Source of the DNA: a virus
Virus record (IMG/VR): IMGVR_UViG_3300031920_000119
Coordinates: 1-43,714 of that record
DNA length: 43,714 nucleotides
Strand: one strand, 5' to 3'
Shown here: one piece after another, positions 1 to 7,210 of the stretch
Layout: each line of letters begins with the position of its first letter
Position numbering within the stretch: the stretch's first letter is position 1
Notes under the pieces: model-generated
The model's database searches: none
The model's input: only the letters and a program-made list of their open reading frames with translations
Told to the model about the DNA's origin: nothing
Made by a program: the position numbers and the translations under genes

Positions 1-131
1 CCGCTGCGGTCACTCCGGTCGTTGCACCCGCTGCGGTCACTCCGGTCGTTGCACCTGTGATCGCTCCGAACCCCGCAATACTTAATCCTGCCGCGGCGCC
101 AATCAATCCGGCAACAAACTTACCGTTTTGA
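1..131 (+). CDS. 3' end of the wrap-around ssDNA-binding protein gene (continuation of 43008..43714)
   Basis: nt 1-55 are identical to nt 43660-43714. In the continuing frame it encodes PAAVTPVVA repeats, then VIAPNPAILNPAAAPINPATNLPF and a stop (TGA 129-131). The C-terminal ...LPF tip resembles the C-terminal tails of SSB and T7 gp2.5. Confidence 0.7.
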   Translation, partial: AAVTPVVAPAAVTPVVAPVIAPNPAILNPAAAPINPATNLPF

Positions 132-3100
132 TACCGACATTTGACTTTGAAACATATTCAGAGGCGGGTTATAAGTTTGACCCGACCTCTGGGTCGTTTC
201 GACCGTTACAGGCGGGAAAACCCGGTTTAAAAGGTATTAACGCGCCAGTATACGCCGAACACATGTCCACACGTGTAATCTCTCTTGCATTCGATTTACT
301 TGACGGCTGCGGTATAAGATTGTGGACACCGGTTCGGTCAGCACCCATAGAATTATTTAATCTCATATGGTCAGGTGGTGAGCTCGAAGCACACAACAGC
401 GGCTTTGAATTTAATATCTGGGAGTACGTATGCCGTCAGCGCATGGGGTGGCCAGAACTGCCACTCGCCCAGTTAATGTGCAGCATGGCGAAAGCGCGGT
501 CGCAATGTCTTCCGGGCGGACTTGGTAAAGTGGCGACCATAGTCGGCGGTGAACAAAAAAACCCACGGGGCGCACACCTGATACGGCTGTTATCTGTTCC
601 GAAGAAACCAACAAAAAATGATCCGATGACGTACAGATCATTCGAAAAATACCCGGAGTTATATTATGAAATGTACGACTATAATGATCGGGACGTCGTG
701 TCCGAAAAGAGTGTATCGTCTATGCTCCCCGACCTGGGCACCACTGAACTCGCTGTGTGGCGGTTAGATCAACGTATTAACGCACGGGGGGTACAAATAG
801 ACACGGAAGGTCTGGACGCCTGTATAACGCTATTTAAACAGGTCGAGCTTAAATACACTGCCGAGTTACAACAGATAACCGGTGGAGCGGTTCAGACCAT
901 CGGGGAAATGGCAAAACTCAAGGCCGGGGATATGTGGGCGCAGAGTATGGGGGTAAACCTTCCCAGTTTCGATAAACCAAGTGTCATCGACGCCCTGGAA
1001 CGTACCGACCTGCCGGCACCGATACGTCGAGCACTCGAGATCCGGCAGGGGATTGGCGGTTCCGCAGTAAAGAAAATATTTGCACTACACCGTTACTTAA
1101 ATGCTGACGGGCGTATCCGTGATTTATTTGTATACTGCGGCGCTGAACGCACCGGACGGTGGGCAGGCAGAGGGCCACAACCTCAGAATTTACGGAACGG
1201 CGGACCAGACTCGATACAGTGCGACACGTGTGGGTCTCACAGTGTAATGGTCGATAATATGCCCGCGTGCAGGGTATGCGGAACGCTCACACGTCTCGAA
1301 CGTGTAGAATGGGGTAATCTACCCGCTAAAGCGGCACTTGAGGACATACTCGCATACGGCGTGGATCGTCTTGAGCACGTATGGGGTTCAGCCATCAGTC
1401 TTATAGGGTCTGTAATGCGGTCGTTATTTGTCGCCGCACCCCTTCACGACCTGATATGCTCGGATTACTCAGCCATTGAGGCGGTAGTCCTGGCAGCACT
1501 GGCGGGTGAGGAGTGGCGGCTCGAAGTCTTCCGAACCCATGGTAAAATTTACGAGGCATCCGCGGCCCATGCATTTAACGTGCCATTGCAGGAGATACTC
1601 GACCACCGCGAGCGTACGGGAAAACACCACCCCCTGAGAAAAAAAGGGAAAGTGCGAGAATTGGCATGTTTTACCCACGATACGCAAGTGTTGACAGACG
1701 TTGGATATGTTGGTATAGTGGATGTTAAATCAACACATTTATTATGGGACGGTGTGGAATGGGTAAAAAACGACGGGGTAACATACCGAGGCAAAAGAAA
1801 AATATTAAAATTGGATGGTGTCCGGGTAACCCCGGAACATCTAATCAATATCAACGGTTCTTGGATGGAGGCAAGGGAACTCGTTTCAAACAAAAGTATG
1901 TTGAGCCGGGCGTTGGTGACAGGTTCGGAGAGTATACCGTTGTTAAATACGAGAAACGAGGGCAAAGAAGGGGTGCCGTGTGTACGTGTACGTGCGGTTC
2001 GCGAAGATTTGTTGATTTATCTAACCTATATATGGGTAAGGCTACAAGGTGTGGCAGTTGCGGCAGGGATAAAGCGACCGATACGAGAGTCAAACTATAC
2101 TCGAAATACGCACACATATTACCAGACACCGGGCACAGACGGCGTCTTGTCAATAGATTACGTGCGGCTATTACCAGGTGTCATAGCATCAATAGCAAGG
2201 GTTACCCGAATTACGGCGGTCGGGGTATTAGGGTGGATAAAAGGTGGCTCGGGAAAGACGGCGCAGGAAAATTCCTCAAGCACGTTATCACCCTCGAAGG
2301 ATGGAACGCCCCGTCACTTGAAATGGATAGGATCGATACGGATGGCAATTACGAACCGAATAACCTCCGGTTTGTTACTAAAGCCCAAAACTGTCTTAAT
2401 AAAAGAAGCGTACAAAAAATGCAAAAACGAATTGATGAACTTGAAAGGCGTTTACGACATTGTAAATGCAGGGCCTCGAAACCAATTCACGATAAAAACT
2501 GATAGTGGGCACTTACTCGTCCATAACTGCGGATATTCTGGATGGATAAACGCGTGCAGACAGTTCGGCTACACTGGTACCGATGACGAGATAAAAGCGG
2601 ATGTATTATCCTGGCGTGCAGAGTCCCCGAACATTGTGGAAATGTGGGGCGGTCAGTGGCGTAAAGAACCTGGCGTCTGGCGTTTTACACCCGAATTATA
2701 CGGAGTTGAGGGTCAGTTCATACAGGCATGTCTATACCCTGATACCGAACGCCTGTTCCGAGACCTGACGTTCGCCTATGACAGTGCCGCAGACTCACTC
2801 TGTATTCGTTTACCATCTGGCAGAGACCTTGTGTATCACTCGCCACGGTTAAACAAAGGAATAGACCCCAGACGGCTCGATGTGTGGAAAATATCATATA
2901 TGGGCATTGATTCATACACCCACCGGTGGGAACGCATACAGACATATGGTGGGAAACTTACCGAGAATATCACACAAGCTGTGGCACGAGATATACTTGC
3001 CGCCGCCATGCTCAGACTTGACGCAGCCGGGTACCCGATTGTACTGCATGTGCATGATGAAGTAATATGCGAGGTACCGCACGGGTTCGGCAGTATCGAA

Positions 3101-3196
3101 GAACTCGAAGCAATAATGATGCAACGCGAGCCATGGTTTATCGATTGGCCAATCAAAGCGGCCGGTGGATGGCGCGGACATAGATATCGAAAATAA
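128..3196 (+). CDS. Family A DNA polymerase with N-terminal 3'-5' exonuclease domain, interrupted by an intein
   Basis: Exo motifs DFETYS, NSGFEFNIW and YNDRDV. Pol motif A is SDYSAIEAVV. Motif B, RKKGKVRELA/CGYSGW, is split by the insertion. Motif C is VLHVHDEV. The TTG start at 128 overlaps the SSB stop (tTTGa), and no in-frame ATG lies upstream after the stop at 83-85. Confidence 0.9.
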   Translation: MIPTFDFETYSEAGYKFDPTSGSFRPLQAGKPGLKGINAPVYAEHMSTRVISLAFDLLDGCGIRLWTPVRSAPIELFNLIWSGGELEAHNSGFEFNIWEYVCRQRMGWPELPLAQLMCSMAKARSQCLPGGLGKVATIVGGEQKNPRGAHLIRLLSVPKKPTKNDPMTYRSFEKYPELYYEMYDYNDRDVVSEKSVSSMLPDLGTTELAVWRLDQRINARGVQIDTEGLDACITLFKQVELKYTAELQQITGGAVQTIGEMAKLKAGDMWAQSMGVNLPSFDKPSVIDALERTDLPAPIRRALEIRQGIGGSAVKKIFALHRYLNADGRIRDLFVYCGAERTGRWAGRGPQPQNLRNGGPDSIQCDTCGSHSVMVDNMPACRVCGTLTRLERVEWGNLPAKAALEDILAYGVDRLEHVWGSAISLIGSVMRSLFVAAPLHDLICSDYSAIEAVVLAALAGEEWRLEVFRTHGKIYEASAAHAFNVPLQEILDHRERTGKHHPLRKKGKVRELACFTHDTQVLTDVGYVGIVDVKSTHLLWDGVEWVKNDGVTYRGKRKILKLDGVRVTPEHLININGSWMEARELVSNKSMLSRALVTGSESIPLLNTRNEGKEGVPCVRVRAVREDLLIYLTYIWVRLQGVAVAAGIKRPIRESNYTRNTHTYYQTPGTDGVLSIDYVRLLPGVIASIARVTRITAVGVLGWIKGGSGKTAQENSSSTLSPSKDGTPRHLKWIGSIRMAITNRITSGLLLKPKTVLIKEAYKKCKNELMNLKGVYDIVNAGPRNQFTIKTDSGHLLVHNCGYSGWINACRQFGYTGTDDEIKADVLSWRAESPNIVEMWGGQWRKEPGVWRFTPELYGVEGQFIQACLYPDTERLFRDLTFAYDSAADSLCIRLPSGRDLVYHSPRLNKGIDPRRLDVWKISYMGIDSYTHRWERIQTYGGKLTENITQAVARDILAAAMLRLDAAGYPIVLHVHDEVICEVPHGFGSIEELEAIMMQREPWFIDWPIKAAGGWRGHRYRK
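1667..2527 (+). mobile_element. Intein (287 codons) inserted in PolA motif B
   Basis: Begins with Cys (CFTHDTQVLTDVG, block A). Block B is VRVTPEHLI (TxxH). Block F/G is GVYDIVNAGPRNQFTIKTDSGHLLVHN, followed by the +1 Cys (CGYSG). Removing it restores ELA-CGYSGW, matching the ELAxGYGG type of motif B. Confidence 0.8.
1744..2502 (+). CDS. HNH-type homing-endonuclease-like ORF nested in the -1 frame inside the intein (start codon uncertain)
   Basis: 252-codon ORF in frame 1, while the polymerase/intein is in frame 2. Motifs are GDRFGEYTVV..CTCTCGS..V....L..G....CGSCG, YPNYGGRGIRV and LEMDRIDTDGNYEPNNLRFVTKAQNCLNKRS, as seen in free-standing phage HNH endonucleases. ATGs at 1744 and 1759 have no clear SD. 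Confidence 0.6.
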   Translation: MGRCGMGKKRRGNIPRQKKNIKIGWCPGNPGTSNQYQRFLDGGKGTRFKQKYVEPGVGDRFGEYTVVKYEKRGQRRGAVCTCTCGSRRFVDLSNLYMGKATRCGSCGRDKATDTRVKLYSKYAHILPDTGHRRRLVNRLRAAITRCHSINSKGYPNYGGRGIRVDKRWLGKDGAGKFLKHVITLEGWNAPSLEMDRIDTDGNYEPNNLRFVTKAQNCLNKRSVQKMQKRIDELERRLRHCKCRASKPIHDKN

Positions 3197-3279
3197 TGCC
3201 AGTGGCATGTGGTTTGCAATATAGAACGCGCGTGAACCGCATATCACCTTATTATTTTTCTTTTACAAGGAGCTAAAAT

Positions 3280-3501
3280 ATGTTTGATGAAATTGTAGAA
3301 AATATTAACAGTCGAATTAAAAATCAACCTGATTCTCGTTGTGCCACAGACGATGAAGTTAGGATTTGTTGGCTGGTGTCAGAAGTTAATACACTAAGAG
3401 AAAAGGTCAAAGCTGCTGAAAATTGCCTCGTCTGTTCTGTTATAGCTGACCCTTTTGAAGTATGCCATAATACTCTGGAAATTTTAAAAAACGAAAAATA
3501 A
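3280..3501 (+). CDS. hypothetical protein (73 aa)
   Basis: ORF with SD caaGGAGctaaaatATG. It lies in an AT-rich segment downstream of the polymerase. Confidence 0.6.
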   Translation: MFDEIVENINSRIKNQPDSRCATDDEVRICWLVSEVNTLREKVKAAENCLVCSVIADPFEVCHNTLEILKNEK

Positions 3502-3547
3502 TAAAAACATGCAACGAGCTTCGCTACGCTCGTCGGTGATGTTGAAC

Positions 3548-3571
3548 ATTAGCTCGGATAAACGAGCTAAT
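3548..3571 (+). terminator. 9-bp stem hairpin (attagctcg-gataaa-cgagctaat), possible intrinsic terminator
   Basis: Perfect 9-bp inverted repeat 47 nt after the stop at 3501. The T tract is weak (tatt). A second, smaller hairpin is at 3514-3533. Confidence 0.35.
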
Positions 3572-3670
3572 TATTCGATAATGCGGATAAAAAATATTAC
3601 TTAATACACTAATTAAAACAAACAGTTACAAACTATTTTCATTTTATTTCACTTTTTATTGAAAAAAGGC

Positions 3671-3699
3671 TTGACATTAATCTAAAACCCCTGTAGTAT
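3671..3699 (+). promoter_or_regulatory. sigma70-like promoter TTGACA-N17-TAGTAT
   Basis: Consensus -35 at 3671-3676, a 17-nt spacer and -10 tagtat at 3694-3699, preceded by an A/T-rich UP-like tract. Confidence 0.6.
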
Positions 3700-3742
3700 A
3701 GTATACATGATCAAAACAAAAACACATAACAAGGAGAATAAA

Positions 3743-3955
3743 ATGACAATCGAAATATACAAAAATCAATACGAAAACACAATGGTAACTTTTGGAAATT
3801 TTGACATTGAGATTTTTAAAAATCATAAATCTTTTGACGACAGCACAGAAGCAGAATTGAAAGAAAATTTTTTCTTTGAATTTTCAGATACAGAAGAGTC
3901 AAGAGCTGCATGGATTGTAATAATAGAAAAAGCAAAAAAAGAAAATTTAATCTAA
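3743..3955 (+). CDS. small acidic hypothetical protein (70 aa; alternative ATG at 3707)
   Basis: SD AAGGAGaataaaATG at 3743. The protein is D/E- and F-rich. The ATG at 3707 would be nearly leaderless relative to the predicted promoter. Confidence 0.6.
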   Translation: MTIEIYKNQYENTMVTFGNFDIEIFKNHKSFDDSTEAELKENFFFEFSDTEESRAAWIVIIEKAKKENLI

Positions 3956-3970
3956 AATCGGAGAGAAATC

Positions 3971-4153
3971 ATGAAAAAATTTAAAATGGTAAAGGCAGGA
4001 AAAGAAAGTTTGATCACAAGAACAGAAGTTATTGAAATTATCGGACAAGAGGGATTTGATTTTATCAAAGAAGATTTTGAAAAGCATGGACATAGTAAAA
4101 CGTCGCATGTGATAGACGATATTGAAATATTTTTTATGGCTCAGGACATATGA
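3971..4153 (+). CDS. small acidic hypothetical protein (60 aa)
   Basis: SD cGGAGagaaatcATG. Same AT-rich cassette. Confidence 0.6.
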   Translation: MKKFKMVKAGKESLITRTEVIEIIGQEGFDFIKEDFEKHGHSKTSHVIDDIEIFFMAQDI

Positions 4154-4320
4154 AAGGCGGAAAAAGAAAGGGTGCGGGGCGTAAGCCCTCACCTAATAAT
4201 AAACAATCGTATGCAAATAAATTCTATCCTGAAAAAATAAAGTTTTTACAGAGCTTAAGGAATGCTGCAAAGTGGCTTGATGAGGCAATAGATGAAAAAC
4301 GAGAGCGTGAGATCCGCTAA
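4150..4320 (+). CDS. small basic protein (56 aa), possible ribbon-helix-helix DNA-binding protein
   Basis: Not in the ORF track because it is under 60 aa. Its ATG overlaps the upstream stop (ATGA). Sequence is MKGGKRKGAGRKPSPNNKQSYANKFYPEKIKFLQSLRNAAKWLDEAIDEKREREIR. A basic N-tail followed by a strand-helix-helix-like pattern is the basis for the RHH call. Confidence 0.45.
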   Translation: MKGGKRKGAGRKPSPNNKQSYANKFYPEKIKFLQSLRNAAKWLDEAIDEKREREIR

Positions 4321-4394
4321 TAAAATAATACAGATCGACGTCGCTGCGCTTGCGACTGATCATCACATTGAATCGTAGATTACACTTAATAATA

Positions 4395-4802
4395 TCAATA
4401 CGCAAACGGTGTATCCCAACGGGGGCCAAATTTATCAACCGCCTGGAACATTGTTTCCATTTTTTCAGGGGATACGCCGTCCGCTTCCATCATTTCCTTA
4501 AACACGTCATGCACAGCCTGTGCCGGTTCGTTTTTATCATCACAATAAACGTCATGTATAACCGATGGTCTTCGGTACTTACCGATAAAAGGTGAACCGA
4601 TTACACGCCAGAAAAATTTCGGTATACTCGCACCATCTATTTTACGACCTTTTGCCGCGTACCATAACTTACCGGATTTATCGCAGTACCATATGTCTTC
4701 GAGTAGCATCATTTTACGTGGATCATCCTCGCACCATTCCACTCTTACCGGTCCACTGAATGTTCCAGGTTTTAATTCTGTCGGTTTCATTCCCCCACCC
4801 AT
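4395..4802 (-). CDS. DUF1353 family protein
   Basis: Motif DGASIPKFFWRVIGSPFIGKYRRPSVIHDVYC is typical of DUF1353. It is the last gene of the late operon. Confidence 0.7.
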   Translation of the reverse strand: MGGGMKPTELKPGTFSGPVRVEWCEDDPRKMMLLEDIWYCDKSGKLWYAAKGRKIDGASIPKFFWRVIGSPFIGKYRRPSVIHDVYCDDKNEPAQAVHDVFKEMMEADGVSPEKMETMFQAVDKFGPRWDTPFAY

Positions 4803-4806
4803 GTTA

Positions 4807-5055
4807 TTATTTTAAAAGCTCAACGGCTATTCTTTTGAATAACCATTCACATTCGGCTATCAACATATCTAATTTTTCTGGACCTGTAGGTCGTAGTCTA
4901 ATGTTATTAAAAACTTTTGCTATTTTACCCTTTGCCCCCTCGACAGTGTCGTTTTTCATGTTGGATGATTCTTGTTCGGTTTGTATTTCTAATCGCCTCT
5001 CTAATTCCTTCGCGATTACCGCCGCCTTATCTGGATCAACTTTAATTTTAAACAT
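4807..5055 (-). CDS. hypothetical protein (82 aa)
   Basis: ORF co-oriented with the tail genes and abutting its neighbours. AT-rich. Confidence 0.55.
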   Translation of the reverse strand: MFKIKVDPDKAAVIAKELERRLEIQTEQESSNMKNDTVEGAKGKIAKVFNNIRLRPTGPEKLDMLIAECEWLFKRIAVELLK

Positions 5056-5303
5056 TATACCCCCTCGAAGCTATTAGATTTGGAACCAATTCCATTAGGT
5101 TCTCCAGCATCATCATCAATAAACCAAGCATTGCGCATTGATCTATCTGTTGGAATTTCACTATCATCAACAATCCAATAGGGGAGACCCTCTGGCGTGT
5201 CTTTTTTTGCAATAGCCTTTATACCAAAAGTAATCAGTGCTTGCCGAGCCGGTGTGATAATGCCGACTGTATTATCATTATTTTTAAAAATTATCTTTTT
5301 CAT
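5055..5303 (-). CDS. hypothetical protein, possible tail fibre accessory/assembly protein
   Basis: Lies immediately downstream of the tail fibre gene. The assignment rests on position only. Confidence 0.5.
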   Translation of the reverse strand: MKKIIFKNNDNTVGIITPARQALITFGIKAIAKKDTPEGLPYWIVDDSEIPTDRSMRNAWFIDDDAGEPNGIGSKSNSFEGV

Positions 5304-5314
5304 ACATTATCCTT

Positions 5315-6598
5315 TTAATTAGCAAAAACTGATACTGATACCTGTGCAGAATCGGTCTCAATGCCATTAGTTGCATTAAGTAATATTATTAGCATAGACC
5401 CAACAACAGTTCTTGATGTCCTAATCGTTAGATTGCCATCATTCTGATTGCCGTGTGCAGCAAAAAGAGCGTTTTTCATCGGTGTTATAAAATTCACAGT
5501 ATAATTACCAGCACTATTATCTGTAATTGAAGATACATTACCACTTGAATCAATTGCAACAACCCCTGTACCGTTAAAACTTACCCATGCTCTGCACGCA
5601 TATATCGGGGCGTCACCTTGTGCGTTTAACCCTGTTTTAATCATGGATTGACCGCCCGCACCTTGCACTTTAGATGGTGCGGTCACCCACACCCCCGCCG
5701 TCGCCTGAGTTGAGACCACTGACCCCACGACACGGTAAGGAACACCCGTTCGCCCGGTTGTTGAGTAGAACACGTCATTAAGATCCGCCCCGGTACTGAT
5801 CGATACAGTATTAATCAAACCGGTTTCGGATAAATCAATCCCACCGGCTAAATTTATAATTGCAAGCTCGACCGTTCCAGCGTTATCTATCGCAACCAAT
5901 ACGAGTTCGCTTTCAACAGCGTTGACAGTTTCGAGAGTTGCCCCTGACGGTATTATCAGAGATATTTGCGTGCCGACTTCGATATCTGTTACAGCACCGT
6001 CCGTTAAATCTGAATCCCTGAAAAATAAGGACGTCGGTTCAAGGTTCACAGTTAACGCACTCGCGGCGACACTCGCCGACACAGGTTTTAAATCCGGTGT
6101 GGCCGTGATAGTTGGGTCCGCCCCGATAATTAAAACAAACTTACTAAACGCGACGCTGTATCGAATCGTTACCGACCTCGATATCTCATCACCGACAAGC
6201 GCGGCACCCGCTAAGTTAACGATAGCCACAACTCCGAGAGCCGCAACGTTCACCGTGGACGCCCCGGTATTATCATTTCCCGGTTCAAATTCAACGGTAA
6301 ATCCATCAAAATACGCCGGGGGTGATTTTCTTGGAGATACGGGGGTCAATACGTACGCATTTACCGCACCTGTATCCTTGTGATATGCTGCGCCCCCCGC
6401 GCCGTATATGGCGAGTGACATGGCTAACTGATTAGTGTCTTCCCCCGTCCCGTCTGCTGGTGCCAACGTCTGCCCGGATGAGGAAACGGCCACCTCATTT
6501 TCTGTGGCCAATGAATTAAACTCGCCAGCCCCATACAACCCTGAGCTTATACTGTCTGGTAGTCCACCTTTGTTCTGTTTAGTTTGGTAATCTCTCAT
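5315..6598 (-). CDS. tail fibre protein
   Basis: Follows the baseplate wedge genes. G/A/T/S/V-rich, with a C-terminal tip motif YACRAWVSFNGTGVVAIDSSGNVSSITDNSAGNYTVNF that is common in phage fibre tips. Confidence 0.75.
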   Translation of the reverse strand: MRDYQTKQNKGGLPDSISSGLYGAGEFNSLATENEVAVSSSGQTLAPADGTGEDTNQLAMSLAIYGAGGAAYHKDTGAVNAYVLTPVSPRKSPPAYFDGFTVEFEPGNDNTGASTVNVAALGVVAIVNLAGAALVGDEISRSVTIRYSVAFSKFVLIIGADPTITATPDLKPVSASVAASALTVNLEPTSLFFRDSDLTDGAVTDIEVGTQISLIIPSGATLETVNAVESELVLVAIDNAGTVELAIINLAGGIDLSETGLINTVSISTGADLNDVFYSTTGRTGVPYRVVGSVVSTQATAGVWVTAPSKVQGAGGQSMIKTGLNAQGDAPIYACRAWVSFNGTGVVAIDSSGNVSSITDNSAGNYTVNFITPMKNALFAAHGNQNDGNLTIRTSRTVVGSMLIILLNATNGIETDSAQVSVSVFAN

Positions 6599-6601
6599 TT
6601 T

Positions 6602-7210
6602 TTATGTCCCCACAAATTCTATAATTAAAAATACGTTAGCAGGTATTATCTTATTTAACAAGCATTCAAGCTGTGTCGTATCGACAACCCCCTCAAATTC
6701 TATTTCAAATTCATATTCAAAAGCGTCACCTGATAGGGGGACCTCTGCAACGAGTATAAATTTTTCATCGATCCCACCAAAAAACGGCGCTTCGAACGCA
6801 AACTCAAAAGTATAATACTCCGATCCCGGATACAATACGACGCCCAGACCAGGGAATATACTGTCAACATACCCCTGTAAATCTTGCAATGTAACCAACG
6901 GTTTTTTACGTAATCGATCAATTACCACTTGCCGTCTTTGTGCCAGTGTGTCAGATGTTCCGAGACATTCGTCCGGGATACCGACCGATTTTTCCCACTC
7001 GATAAGTAAATCGAATGTTTGTTCGATCCTGAACTCGTCGTCAAGTAATTCAATTTGTTGCTGCGTTCGGTTGTGTGCTACAGCTATCGAGTCAATGAGT
7101 CCGCGAGTATTCGATCCGTCAACGTTCTTAGCCCCCCATGCGCGCCCACGTGGTAAACTATCCGCTACCTGCTGACCGGTGCTTTCCGGTGCTGTAAATA
7201 TATTAGTCAT
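6602..7210 (-). CDS. baseplate protein, Mu gp48 / DUF2313-like
   Basis: N-terminal LPRGRAWGAKN motif and position directly after the baseplate J gene. Confidence 0.7.
   Translation of the reverse strand: MTNIFTAPESTGQQVADSLPRGRAWGAKNVDGSNTRGLIDSIAVAHNRTQQQIELLDDEFRIEQTFDLLIEWEKSVGIPDECLGTSDTLAQRRQVVIDRLRKKPLVTLQDLQGYVDSIFPGLGVVLYPGSEYYTFEFAFEAPFFGGIDEKFILVAEVPLSGDAFEYEFEIEFEGVVDTTQLECLLNKIIPANVFLIIEFVGT

Noticed and set aside
1744-2502. The HNH ORF being out of frame only because of a sequencing indel.
   Set aside because: Not adopted as the primary reading. Two compensating indels would be needed, one on each side. The last roughly 20 HNH-frame codons also overlap intein block F, which is clearly read in the polymerase frame. 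Read-level verification is still required.
1667-2527. The polymerase insertion as a group I intron carrying an HNH ORF.
   Set aside because: The polymerase frame stays open through the whole insertion. The insertion begins with Cys and ends with His-Asn followed by Cys, with Hint blocks A, B, F and G present. An intein explains it better. An intron is not formally excluded without RNA data.
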